Shown: piece by piece, positions 39,364 to 53,164 of the stretch
Numbering within the stretch: position 1 is the stretch's first letter
Layout of the letters: every line of letters begins with the position of its first letter
Assembly (NCBI RefSeq): GCF_964204645.1
Contig: NC_134027.1
Location: 15,904,485 to 15,968,484, forward strand
Origin: Tubulanus polymorphus
Lineage: Eukaryota; Animalia; Nemertea
Direction of reading: 5' to 3'
Length of the DNA stretch: 64,000 nucleotides
Made by a program: the position numbers and the translations under genes
Notes under the pieces: generated by a model
Database searches by the model: none
The model's input: only the letters and a program-made list of their open reading frames with translations
Told to the model about the DNA's origin: nothing

Positions 39364-40693
39364 TTGAATTCAAAATGGCGGCAGTTTAAAGTTGTGATTC
39401 GTTATCGGTCTCTGAAATTTTGGATTATTTATACGTTCATCTTCGACTATAATCTAGTCAACCTACTGCAAGATGGATTTAAAGCGACCGTTAACTATTA
39501 TGTGCATCGGCAAATTAAAACTTTTATGGTTAATGAATTGCCCAACACTACGAATGTAACCATAAAAGACGCTCCGGTCGAATTATCTGATGCGTTCATC
39601 GCCGCAGAACTGTCCAGATTCGGCAAAGTTGTAAACGGCAGCGTTCGCCGTGGAAAGATAAAAAATACTGAGATTCTGAATGGGACAATATATGCAAAGA
39701 TGATCGAAGTAAAAGATATAGTTCCAGTTGAGACAAAATTTGGCAAATTCGATGTTAGAATTTATTGTGACAATAACAAGACGCAGTGCCGGTATTGCGG
39801 GGGTACCGATCACCCATATTTCCGTTGTCTTTTGCGCTCGCGGAAATTGTGCTGCAAGTGCAAAGCTGCAGATCATCTGGCGGCGGATTGCTCATTAGGC
39901 ATTGTTTGTTTTTATTGCCAGACTGAAGGACACAAAAAAACTGATTGCCCTAGACTACGGGAAGTTCAGACAAAATTATTCAATGAACCGGACTCGAACT
40001 CAACTAGTGAACACAGTTCTGATATAGTTGAATCAACACCAGCTATCGTCAGATCAAAACCAACCGCCCGTAACTGAGGCGTGTTCAGCTGCCAAATCGC
40101 CTAAATCGCCCGAGTGTCTGATAATCGGCGATTCGAATTGCCACCGCCTTATGTTCACTGACATTCCAAATAATGTATGTGTGAATGGGTTATCGGGTGC
40201 CACTGCTCGTGAAATTAGTCAACAACTATTAAGCCTTGACAAGTCACTTGTTCGCGAAGAAATAAAAACACTAATTTGTCATTTGGGGACAAAAGACATA
40301 TCTCTCCAGAAAGAGGATCACGATCAAGTAATCCTTGATATGACGAAAGCTGCGAATATCCTTCTCAGCCAATTCCCTGCCGCAAATATAAACATATCCA
40401 GTATCTTGCCTCGGAAGGGAAAAAGCAAAACCGTTATGGCTTTGAATTTAGTTACATCCCTCGTAAACAGATACTTAAAGAAACTTTGTGATAACGAGAG
40501 CAGGCTTCATTACATAGATAATGATATAAAATTCTGCCCAGATGGATCAGCGATACGATCGATGTTCGACTCTACTGACACCAAGGGTGTACATATCGGT
40601 ATTGATGGGGCGAAAGAACTGACCCGCACGTTCTTGGATGTTCTCGGCATCAATGCTGAAGCGAGCAAAAAAAGGCTACGAAGTCAGTCATAA
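39364..40693 (+). pseudogene. LINE ORF1: zinc knuckles + SGNH/GDSL esterase-like domain, frameshifted
   Basis: Three CX2CX4HX4C knuckles (CRYCGGTDHPYFRC, CCKCKAADHLAADC, CFYCQTEGHKKTDC); SGNH-like blocks IIGDS, SGAT, HLGTKD and GVH. Confidence 0.8.
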
Positions 40694-40823
40694 TCTTCGG
40701 GTAGTCCGAATAGTGTTCAGGCTTCTAAAATCCTTATTACCAATGATTCACCGGTAACAGTTGCATAATTTCTATGCATTGTTCTTTACCTATACATCTC
40801 TGAATATATTATAATTTACTATA

Positions 40824-43721
40824 ATGGACTTTTCTACAAACGTTGATAATATCTCACAGAACTGTTTAGATTGTAAATATTTTAGTGATAATGATTTTCC
40901 TTTTCGTAAGGATACGTTTTCTATTTTATCCCTTAATGTACGAAGCATGAGTAAAAATTTTGAAGCTTTAACTCATTATTTGGATATTTTAAAACTCAAA
41001 TTCTCGGTTATTGGTCTTTCTGTGACTTGGGCTAGCCAAAATAACAACAACAGCAACATGTACCATCTGAATGGATACAAAAGTATTTTCAAATGTAGGG
41101 AAAATGGCAAAAGAGGGGGTGGGGTATCATTGTATTTGAAAAATAATTTAGTTTTTAATCTGCGTTCGGATTTAAGTAAAGATGAGTTGACGTTTGAGTC
41201 TTTTTTGTAGAAATTAATTATAAAAAGCATAAAAACACTATTGTTGGAATTATATATAGACCACCTGGATCAAGTATGCAAAGTTTTCAAGATGAATTTA
41301 ATACACTCTTAGACAAATTAAATCGTGAAAATAAAAATTGCTACCTTTTTGGTGATTTCAATATAAATCTGCTTATGTCTGATGTACATCATCCTACAGA
41401 TGTTTTTATAAACACATTGATTGCAAATTCCTTTTGTCCTTTGATTGATAAACCGACTAGAGTAACCAGCGACTCAGCTACCTTAATAGATAATATCTTT
41501 TGTAACAACTTAGACCAGAGTTTCAAGTCCGGTATTTTATGTACCGATATTTCAGATCATTTCCCAGTTTTTGTTTTGTGTGGTGATCAACAACCCACCA
41601 TTCAAGCGAGCAATATCAAAACGAGGAATTTTTGTACGCGTAATATCGATATTTTCACTCGTAAGCTGCAATCAGTAGACTGGCCGATTGTAACTAATAA
41701 TCTAAATGCAAATCTGTGTATGATGAATCCTTCCCATTAATGAATTCTAAAATTGATAAAGTTACTCGTAACAAACCCTGGTTGTCAACAGGCCTTTTAA
41801 AATCAATAAGACGTAAAAATTGTTTATATAAAACATTTTTAAGAAATCCTACGGATGCCCGTAAGCTTAGATATTCCAGATATAAAAACATTCTTAGTAA
41901 CTTATTAGACTATGCAGAGAAATCTTACTACGGTGAGCAACTATTTTCGGCTTCTAATGATATGAAACAAACAGGGAAAATTATAACGATATTCTTGGAA
42001 AGACTTCGAATTCGGAACATTTACCTGACGTATTTAAACTTGATGGGTCACTAGTAAATGGAAAAGCCAATATTGCTGATAGTTTTAATGAGTATTTTGT
42101 AAATATCGGCAATAAACTTGCCGACAATATCCCTCTCAAAAACACACATGTCAAAGTTTTTTTGCGAAACAGTCAAAATGAAAACTTCTTTTTATTTCCA
42201 GCAACACCAGCTGAACTGACGAATATTGTAAAGAATTTTGATTCCAGGAAAGGTTTGGGTATTGACGAGATTAGCACGAAAGTAACTAAAAATGTTTTTG
42301 ACTTAATCAAAGATCCTCTCTGTCATGTTTTTAACTTAAGTTTACAGACTGGAATTGTTCCAGACAAATTAAAGATTGCTAGAATCCAACCTCTTTATAA
42401 AAGTGGTGACAAAGATAATTTCAATAATTACCGGCCTATCTCAATCTTGCCTTGCTTTTCAAAAATTCTTGAAAAAGTCGTATATGATAGACTAATGTCT
42501 TATTGCGATAAATTTTCTATCATTAATTCTAACCAGTTCGGTTTTAGGAAGAATCATTCCTCTGCCATGGCACTTATCAAAATTTATGATGAAATTTCTT
42601 ACAATCTTGAAAATAAAAATCCCACTATCGGTGTTTATCTGGATTTGTCAAAAGCTTTTGATACAGTCGATCATGAAATATTATTGTCAAAATTGGATTT
42701 TTATGGAATTAAAGGTCAAGCTTTATGCTGGTTTAGAAATTATTTGGAAAATAGACAACAAAAAGTTCAAATTGGTAATTTCAAATCACGACTTTTGAAT
42801 ATATCTACTGGTGTGCCTCAAGGTTCAATTTTGGGACCATTGCTTTTTATAATCTACATCAATGACTGCATTAATGTCAGCAAAATTTTGAAATTCACGC
42901 TTTTTGCAGATGACACAAATGTCTTTGCGAGTGGTTCCGATATTAATCAACTTGTTCCGACCGTATCTAGCGAACTTGACAAACTAGCCACGTGGTTTCA
43001 CGCTAACAGATTATCCTTAAATTTGCCTAAAACTCATTGCATGGTATTTGGATCGAAACTACCACTTAACACTTCGATTAAAATTAACGGAATTAATATC
43101 AACCAAGTTCATAGCACAAACTTTTTGGGTATAAATATTGACGATAAATTATCATGGATTAATCACATCAATGATGTTCAACGTAAAGTATCTAGGAGTA
43201 TCAGCATGTTAAATAGAATAAAACGATTTTTACCGGAGAAAAATCTTATTCAATCATATTTCAGTTTAGTGGAACCGTATCTCAGTTATTGCAACATAGT
43301 CTGGGCTCAAAATTTCAATGTGTACTTAAATTCCTTATTGCTACTTCAAAAGCGTGCGGTTCGAATAATAACAAATTCAAACTATTTAGAACACACTGAG
43401 CCACTTTTTAAAAGACTGAAAATACTAAGAATCAGAGAAATGAACAAATTACAGTTAGGATGCTTTTTGTTTAATTATAACAAATCCATGCTACCTGATT
43501 GTTTTAATAATTATTTTCAATTTCGATATGAAATTCATAATTATCGAACTCGTAGCTTAAACAGTATGGAAATCCCTCGAATTCAAACTCGAAGAAGTAA
43601 GTTTTCAGTAAAGACTTCTGGTCCACTACTTTGGAATTCACTCGATCCAATTTTAAAGGAGTCGAAGAGTATCTTCGTTTTTAAAAAGAATTTCAAACAT
43701 CATCTGTTAAGAGGTCAATAG
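40824..43721 (+). pseudogene. LINE ORF2 (AP endonuclease + reverse transcriptase), frameshifted
   Basis: SLNVRS, GGGVSLY, GDFNIN, TLIDNIF, SDHFPV; NYRPISILP, YLDLSKAFDTVDH, GVPQGSILGPLLF, FADDT; spread over four frame segments. Confidence 0.93.
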
Positions 43722-44996
43722 TTATGTTTAATCTCTGTTCAATGTATATTGATTTATTGGTATGGATTTATTGTGTCATTTTTTCACTGCCTTGTCATGA
43801 TTTTCATGCGTGTGTCTGTCCAAGTGCGATAGTTTGGTGAAAGGTTGTGTGCATGTGTATATGTTTGTGCGTGTGTGTGTGATTTCCATGGGTGCCAGGG
43901 CCATGCCTTAAGGTTACAAGTTTTTATCTTATCCTGGTATCCTTCGACTTATATTACATTACCATATTATTATCGGTAATTTTCTAATGTAATCTAATTC
44001 GTAAATAAAGAATTTTAATTTCAACGATTTGGCTTTTTCAACAAATGGTGTGATGGTGCCAGTTCCAGTATCTGTTGTTGGGTTTGTGGGAGGCGCTAAT
44101 CTCACAGTCGTTTCCTTTCAACCATCATTCAAGGATGGTACTATTTCAATTTTAATTAATTCTGTGTAGACCGTTCATGTTGCCGGTGTCCAGTCTACAA
44201 GGTTAGATAATTTATTATATACCACTTAGGGTTTAAGCACTAGGCATAGTTAGTATCAGTATTCCCTTCTACAACACTGACAATCAACACTTGTATACAT
44301 TTATATTGAATTTCATCATTTTAATACAATGTTTTTGAGTGACTGTCAATATAACTTGGGTGAAAGTAACTTTTATGTATCTTACGTAAGTAGATATTGT
44401 TCTTGTAAATACTTCATACTGATGTTTTCCTATTTCTAACTATTGGTATAAATCAGATGTCACAAGTTTTATAACTATGTTTCGAAGTGGTCTAATGTAA
44501 ACAACCACAAGTTTAATCATGAGTTGATAAATTTCAATTGATGATTAGAAATTTTTCTAAAATAGAGAAAAGGGATTTAATGTAAAAAAAAGGTTAATCC
44601 CAGTACAAAGGTGAAGGGGTCAGGATAAGTGTCACGTGATCTGAAGTCACGCGATGCTTAGCCGCAACACGATCTGTCTTCTGTTCGTGGACACCAATAC
44701 GATAAGACGTGTCGAATTAACTAGCATATAAAGTACAACCACTAGTAGTTTCGTGTTATGAGGATTTTGTTACCCGGCATAAAGGACGATCCCCAGTATG
44801 GTTCAGATGAAAAATTCTATCATATAAAATTCGAATAGTGGGATTTCTTCAATTATATTTCTCCATGCTTACCACTGCTATTATTATCTACTCAATTAAC
44901 ACTATCCGGTTTCCGGTCGCATGTATTCACACCTCGATGGTCTAATATAGAGAGAGTTCTTGTATAAATATCCTGGTATTATATTTTGTTCTCAAT

Positions 44997-45036
44997 ACGC
45001 CTGATGATGGCTAACAGTTGTTAGCCAAAACGTCGC
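44997..45036 (+). ncRNA. Degenerate minimal hammerhead-ribozyme-like motif (Penelope/retrozyme type)
   Basis: CTGATGA-T-GGCTAAC-AGTT-GTTAGCC-AAAAC-GTC; stem II is perfect, but the conserved GAAA reads AAAA and stem I is weak. Confidence 0.35.
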
Positions 45037-45429
45037 TCCTCAAATATAATCATTCTGATATAGAATTTTTCAATCTTGGCTTCGTTATTGTGGGATTTCT
45101 CTCGTTATCATCATACACGGATATTGTGTATCTTCTCGTCTTATGACGGTATGGTCTGTCCCATCCCGGCGGTTTGGTTTTAAGTTGCTATTAAGTATTA
45201 TAGATTTGATGGTACTTGTTTTTAAAATTCATTTCTTATCTGTACCTATAAGCTGAAGGGTTTTCCATTTCTTTGTATAAACAGTCATGTATTAACAGTC
45301 AATTTTCGTTGTAAGCATTATTCATGTCCAAAATAAGAAAATAAAGAAGAATAATAACACGTGAAGAATTGTCGCTCGACTTAGCTGTATTATCTACAGG
45401 TAAGGCAAGAAATACAGAAATCTGCAACT

Positions 45430-45510
45430 GCCAGCAGGACTCGAACCCGCTTGTCACGCAGATAATGACCGGTGAGTGATTTCATCAACACCATACCTAA
45501 TCCCACTGAA
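45430..45510 (-). mobile_element. tRNA-SINE head fragment
   Basis: GCCAGCAGGACTCGAACCC is identical to the SINE at 29961; B-box on the minus strand. Confidence 0.5.
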
Positions 45511-48500
45511 GTAATGTCATTTCAAAGTCCCAAAGCCTCTTCGCTTCGAAAGGACAGCCCCCTATACGTGTTGTAATTTCGTCTTGAAATGTTTTGATAG
45601 TTAATATTACTTCTTGAAAAGCCGTTTCAATCGGCCACCATGATGAGGATTTAATGTAAAACGCTCAAACCTGAAAAGGTAATCCTCAGCCATGTGAAAT
45701 AGTGGTGTTACCGTGAACACTAAAATGATGATTACGTGAAGGATGGACATGTATGTCCACAGAAAAAAACGACTGTGCAACAATCAACAGCCAACGAAAC
45801 ACGGCCAATGCTTTGCCGATGCGGGCGAGCGCGATTCATATTTCAATTGTGGCATTTGACTTTCTTGAGAAACTGGGGTATTCATTTGTGTGCCTAATAC
45901 TTAAATATGCCTATAAATAAAGATAAGCTACTGCTCATTGGCTTCCAGGAGAAAACTAAAACTAGTTAAGTAAAAGCTTCGACGGACGAGCAAATAGTTT
46001 TTTTCGGTTTAATTGTTGGATTTTTTCATTTGCCATAGTAGCTATATATCATCTCAGTCGCCAGCTTAGCAAAGAAAGTCTCCCAAAACATATCCGCCAT
46101 TTTAAATTTTAAATTCATTCTCATATGCTGTAAAAGTTGAAGCTATCGCTTGAAGCCAGCTACCCTTGACACATCATTGATTGATTTATATTTGTGCATT
46201 TCTATTCTGTACGTTTATTTTGTGTCTAAATACGTAAACTATAAAAAATTGGTTTCAAAATAAGGAAACATTTAATGGTGACCTAGTGTTTTAGAAAGTC
46301 GTCTTCAATTGATTAATCTTTGAACCATCCAAATCCTCTGCCGACATAACTTCCGGGAATCTTCTAAACCAAAGCTGTCCTCCTATCGTTTCCTTGCACC
46401 CTTCAGTGTGGGGACAATAGAGAAAATTAAATACTACCGATAAACTATAAGTATGTACGTATACAAGCCTTTCAAGATAGAATTCTAGTATTTTGGTACC
46501 AGATTCTAAAAAGATATTTTAGAGTCCAATATAGTTTAGAAACACAAGTAATAGTATTCAAATGTAGGTATAACGGTTTTTATTTCGTACTTTTCCTCAT
46601 TTGGTCTTTTGGCTCGCTGAAGCCATGGGTCTGACCAAGCCCGTTGAACTGCAACATCAGGAAAAATGGTAGCATCGTTGCTAAGAAAATAAAGCTCATC
46701 TTATGGAATACAAAAACTGCTTTAACTTTAGATAGGGCTTAGATACATTACCGTACCACCCATTGTAGATTTTATGTAAGGAACGTGAATGTCCAATTAT
46801 CATACACACAAAATCCATTGAATTTGTAACTCACTTCCCGGCTACTGGCTTGTTGAAGAGTTACTACTTAGGGTGTCATGTCACCTTCTATTGAGTTTGA
46901 TTGTTCCCCGAAGGCCTGCAGTCGACGGCTTTCTGAGCAACAATCAAAACAACATAGATGACTTTTCAGGAAGACATCTATAAAAACAGAAATACAAAGT
47001 TTAAGAAGGTCAGTTCTCAGTGACCTATGACAGACTAAAGAGAAACATTTAAGAAATAAATCAGTTCATTGATTCAAACTAGTCGCATTGTGACAGTTTG
47101 ATATTTTAGTTGAATACAAATTGTTTACTTGGTATTTTTTTTCACGAACATACTGCATAAATGTAAGTGCTGGCTACGAATGAATTTTATCAACCTTCTC
47201 CAGCTCATCATGACTGATTTTATCTGGATACTCGAGCATGATACTATACACGCATACGGCTAGTTCAGAGCGCTCCGTGTACATTCAGGATCCAAGCTGG
47301 TGACTTACAGACCGTGCAAACACATATTTCCTACCTCCATATATATACTGTCTGCGTGTGTGTTATTACGCTTGTGTGTTATTACTATCAAAACGTATTT
47401 TACTCGAATGTCCCTGGTTTTTCTACTAATTCTACTATTTTCTCAAATGAGTCCTAAATTAGTCCTAAAAAACTTACCCCGGGCGATGTCTCTGGTAGCC
47501 GAGCCAGCAATTCGACACTCAAGACCACGATTATAACATAGGCCAAATGCTCCGATTTAGATTACAAGTCTTTGTTGAAACGACATTTTATACATCTGCG
47601 GCCACCTCGTTTTATTCATTAGCCGGGGGTGGTGGGTATAACAAATGTGTTATTCGAATAATCACTTCCGCATCTAATAACAGTAAGTATGTATTCTCTA
47701 TGAACATATCACATAAAAGTAAAAAGGTGTGTGTAAAGGAAACAGTCCAAACGTAACTCAGCGTATTAACGCAAAATGAGCTATTTCATGGGAAATGAGC
47801 TACCCACTCATCGTCATAGACATTTTCGACTGTTCGAAAGACGTCGTCAGATGACAAGCTGTTGTGCTGTGGTCGTACACATGTTGCATAGTTGTCATTG
47901 TTGACGTGTATAAAGTAAAGGACCAGGTTCATTGTTTCTCTTTGTAGAATGATAAAAAGCACGGAATGAATGAAAACCAGAAGAAAGTCTTCCTGGCAAT
48001 GTATATTTGTCGTGTGTCAAAACCCGAAAAATAGAGATATGACGTGTTCGTTTCCCAGGTCTTGTTGAGGAACAGGTTTTTCGTCTATGTACGAACTCAT
48101 TGAAATCTGAATACAATGATGCAGAAAAATCAATTCCATACATGATCAAATGAAGTCCTATAGAAAACACATTGCATTCAAATCCAAAAATCTCAAGCTG
48201 TTCGTCAAGCGATCCTCAACCGAGCATAACTTGATATCAAACATGTTTAATAACGCTTCCTTCATAAAACCAATAACATAGACTGTATTTTGGAGGTTCT
48301 TCAGTATTTCTGCGTAAAATGGAGGGTCAATGATCCATCGATGTTTCTAAATGCTTCATACATGTAGTATCATGTATCAAAGTCACAACTTAATAACAGT
48401 TTTGAAAATATAGCTTTGAAAATATCCACACTAAGAATAGGAAACCGGTTTGATCAATAACGTTTAGAAACAGTTTTTCTTAGTGATATGTTGCTCAAAA

Positions 48501-48937
48501 TATATGTACACTCCGTACAACCCCGTATACATATATACATAGTACGGACGTTGGAACCTTCATCGGTATGCGAATCAAATGACTAAGTTTAGGCCGTTTT
48601 TTTGTAAAAAGTTGGATTGATGGGTTTGAATTGATTACGGAGGCGGGAAAAAAAATTAAAAAAATTAAAATGAAAAAAAAATATTTCTCCGAACATTTAA
48701 TTCATTACAACTTTATAGTGATCGGGGAGCGGGAATTGAACTTGCCCTATCTTGGAGGTTGTCATAGGATAATGATACCCGAATATCGTCTATTTGCTAC
48801 CTACATTCATAACTGACACCGCCATTTGTGCAAGTCACACTATTTACTGAACTAACCCGACAAATATGGCCATAAGAACACACATCGTTTACCGCAACTT
48901 TTTGTGTTTGGTGTGAAAAGATGACGTGGCAGTGGAA

Positions 48938-49500
48938 ATAAAGGACAAATGGTCCAGTGGCTCGCCAAACTGGTGTGAAGTAAAAGATTTGTCATGTAAA
49001 GGCTAAGTACGCAAAAATTCACTTTCGTGAAAAAGAAAAAATATATCAAAAAGGACTTAACCATGAGTGACCCGGCAAATTGAGAGCCTGGGCATCGGAG
49101 GTTTTTCATTATCGTATTACCAATGAGGCAGAAGCTCCCAAGTTTATGCAAATGTGAAGCCAGTGCCGTTTACTGACGAAATAAAGTTTATCGACTGACA
49201 TGGTTTTTAATTATTTCACGATAGGATTGCTTTTAGCAGGCAAGCTTATATCTTCGTTCAGACAAATCGTTATTACGCGCGACCTGTGCCTTGGCGCGCG
49301 TTATCTATAATTGATACATACATACACGCAGTGAACACGAGAGTAAGGCGAAATTGCCTACGCGAATGTACACGACTCTTTTCAACGCGAACGCTCATCA
49401 CTGTGCCGCGATTAACAAACTAATACAAGTAATCAGGCTCCAAAACGGATCGTTAATGCGAACGTCAATAAGATGACTTCAATTAATGATGATAAAACAA
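48938..49500 (+). repeat. Dispersed repeat, paralog of ~19690-20370 (plus ~21020)
   Basis: Colinear shared blocks; its tail ATGACTTCAATTAATGATGATAAAACAA is found at ~21021 in the other copy. Confidence 0.8.
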
Positions 49501-49829
49501 TTAAAGAGTAAAAGGTACCAAGTGTACCAAGCAAATGTCAAAATAGTTTTAAGAATAACACAGATCAGGTGCTCTAACTATACAGTCCCTTGTGACAGTG
49601 TTATGAACTGATTATGCCGGATATCATGTTGCACAAGTCAAGTGTATATGTATCGCTACCTATGCCAAGTTATGTTTGTAATAACTTTATTTGTCTAAGC
49701 ATAATAAGTTACATACAATTAATTTAGACATATTGACAATTAATGCATAGACAAGCCTAGTGGCTGAACTCATAGTAGAGACCGATGCCCTAAAATGATA
49801 ATGATAATGACATGTCTTGGGCACACTTA

Positions 49830-52800
49830 AAAGTAATATAATTGACCCGGAACCAATCGATCAATGTAGCAATATCTTTTTCTATGTAAGTGTGTACTTT
49901 CTGCAAATCTTTAATCGTGAAAAGTACATTAGTATCATCTGCAAATAGTATGGGTTAAGAATTAAATATATTATGGCTAAGGTTAATATATACCAAAAAG
50001 CAGAATCATGGGGCACTCAATAAGTGATAAATTTAAGTGAATAATTGGTATTTAGATGAGAAACATATATTTTCCTAACTTTTAAATAACTTTGAAACCA
50101 TTTGAGACAGTGGCCGCATATTCCATAATGGGATAATTTGATAAAAGTGTGAGTATTCAAGGAATCAAAGGCTTTTGAGAGGTCCAAGAAAAGAGTCTAA
50201 GGGAAGAGTACTTATTTTCAAGGTTATGAAGGATAGTTCCTACCTCAGTGATGGCATGACTTGTAAAATGACCGGACCGGAAACCGTACTGACTTGGAAA
50301 TAGAATTTCGTTCATACGTAGGAATTCATAAAGCCTAGAGTGGACAAGCCTTTTCAGAACTTTAAATAAAACAGGTAACAAGGATATTGGCCGATAGTTA
50401 GTAAATTTTAATCGATCATCACTTTTGAAAATTGCGATAACATAAGCTATTTTCATCTCGTTAGGGAATATACACCTTCTAGGGATTTATTAAATATCAG
50501 TCTTAACGGACGAATAATACGACCCCCAATGCTATTAATAGGTACATGATGATTTTCTCAAATTAAACTTCACTTGTTGGATTTATAAACATAGAATTTA
50601 AGTTCCGAGAGGAAGATACTCCGAAAAGGCTTTATTTGATTTGGGAACATTGCCGGCAAATTCGCGACCAATGGTACTAAAATAATCGTTAGCCATTCGC
50701 TATTTCAATAGGACAGGTAGAAACTTTATCATTGACAACAAAACTATTAATGACCTTAGTTTATCATTATAGTGACCGATTGAATATTTCAACATTTGCC
50801 AAAGTTTTTTTGGAATTATTCTTAAAAGATAATATTCTATTAGAGTAAAAATCTCACTTTAAGCGCCTCTTAGATCAACGAAAACGACGGATTGACGGAA
50901 CAGCTTCAACTCGGATTTATTTACTAGCACAAAATAACGAGTACCGGTTTGCTACAATACAAAAACAACTAAATGAGTAACAATTCAATAAAATTAGCAG
51001 AAAATTGTGATAATTCGATAACTTACAATTGCTATCTCCAGCCATAGCGTAGTGCTGGCATACCTTAAATTCGAATGACAGGATAAGACTGTGCAAAATT
51101 TATACAGATAGAAATTCATGGTTTACTAAATCTATTCAATTCTACGTGAAGCGATACGCGAGACCCCTTTTGCGCGTAATCTCAAACTCAAGCGGGTACA
51201 GATCAGTCGTCAGGAAAGATATTCAAAAGATTTTAACGCAGACTTAAACTGCAAATAACGCTCTTTAACCTCCGCGAAAATTGGAAATATAGCTTTAAGA
51301 GATACTTAGTTATTTTGAAATTAATAAATATTGCGATTTCTTTTACGCGCGGTTAAGATATGCGGTCCTTGGTTTCAAATCGTCACTGTTCTCAATTGTT
51401 GAGTTCAAAAATTCCAAGAATCGCCAGCAAATATCTGCATTTTATTTCCTTTAAAATGGTGTATAAATTAATTTCGTCAAGCAAGGGACTGCAGAATTAT
51501 ATGATATTCAATCTCAACTTATGTTTTAAAAATGAGCGCAAATTATCGCAACAATGGGGACCTCGAGGGACCGCCACAAAATGGCGCCTAGAAACTGGAA
51601 ACTTCTTTGTACCGGTAAAGGAAGCTCAAATTTAACTTTATAGATTTCAACATATTTATACCTCGCATGGGTTCTATCAAGATTGGCAACTTTACGATAC
51701 AGTCTATCACACTTCAAGGAGCATATCAAAAGTGAAGGAGTCATCTAATCTTCTTTGATTGTGAGGGATTTCTGTTTAAAGCTTATTTCTGGGGCTATTT
51801 CGTCAAGAATATCAGTAAGAGTAGCTGTCATCAGTACCCAATTGTGACAGAGAAGTCCAGTCAGTTGCTAATAATCTTCTATCTATAAGAGATAAATTCG
51901 TTAATTTAAGTTTACGCTTTTTTATTTCATTAGGTATATGCCTACTCTGGTTGACAGTATAGTCATCATTGATCAGGCATGGTAGGTGGTCTGGGATGAG
52001 TCGGTGTATTGCGCTGGTGGTTACTGAACCTAGATTAGGTGTGACGTATACTATATGTAAGAGTTGTATTTGTCCGGTTCCGGGTCGAGTCCGGACCCAT
52101 TGTTTTATGTTAATTCCAGAGCTTGCGCATGCGCGTTGGCGTTTTTGGGTTTCCACCCACCTGTTGGTGGGTGTATTTCGGTTTTTCCTCGGCTGTTCAG
52201 TTTGTAGATCAAGTATTTTCATTACGAATCTTTAAAAGCATGCCATTATAAGCTGTAATAAACTATGTTTCTTGGGTCCCTGGTACTGTAGAAGCAATAG
52301 TTATAGGGTTTTATGTGTGTGGAAAAAGATAATGTGTGTGTTTGTAGTGTGCACGATAGCGCATACTCGACGTGTCCTGCTGCGCACACTGAATGCAAAT
52401 GGCTCAGGTTACAAGGAGGGAGTATGTTCAAAAGAAAGGACAGCATTTAGTTACGATAATTAAATGGTTAGTATAGTACAGGAGGGAGTAGACTGGGAGT
52501 AGTAGGGATTGATAATACCAAATAGGGTAAGGATAGAAGCGGGTGAGGCCAGGCTATAGGAATGTAAAGAATGTACCAAATAGTATGTAATCTAAGGTTT
52601 TTTGAAGTTAAGAGAGTTGGGGCAATAAAGCAGAAAGTTATGTAACACAAAGAAGAAGAAAATAGGGAAGTAGTGTGGTCGTTGTTTCAGCTTATATTCA
52701 CTCAAGAAAAAAGATAGCTGAGGACAAATAGACAAGCCGGTCACCATCTAGTGAAAGTAGTCACACAACAACTATTAAAATTACTCCGTACCACAACAAC

Positions 52801-53000
52801 TGGTGGAGAACAGCGGTACGTCCCACCTCTCGCAGCCCGGACATTTAGAGGTAGGAAAATCGATTTTGCGTGTTATACGACTGGCTGGATGTACTTTACG
52901 TGTTCGAGAAAAAGGACCGCGAATATTCAAATACAAAAAATGGATCCTGTAGTAGATACATTTATATTTGAATTTATATCTATGTGAAAATGGTGTCGGG
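49830..53000 (-). mobile_element. Heavily degraded CR1/L2-group LINE ORF2, related to the 4462-7475 copy
   Basis: Minus-strand remnants IHFLYLNIRG, DHLPCLI, KCDRLYRKV, NSKKLWQMLK, NYRPISLLP, SQYGFRSGH, LFADDT; interrupted at ~50870-51630 and ~52240-52690. Confidence 0.8.
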
Positions 53001-53164
53001 ACAATCAGTCGACGATTTTGCGGACGAGGTACGACGGAAAGCTTCAGAACTGGAACTACCACCTCATGTAACCTTAAGTGTATTTTTGGATGAGTTACCA
53101 ATGAAGATAAAGAAAATTGTGTGGACTCAAATACCGGAAATTTCGAAAAAGCGGTAGAATTAGA

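Larger units (their letters stand above)
39364..44020 (+). mobile_element. Near full-length CR1/L2-group LINE
   Basis: ORF1 and ORF2 remnants in order; 3' UTR ends with AATAAA at ~44004. Confidence 0.9.

Noticed and set aside
50870-51630. Classifiable element inserted in the degraded LINE
   Set aside because: It clearly interrupts the LINE, but I could not define termini, a TSD or coding motifs
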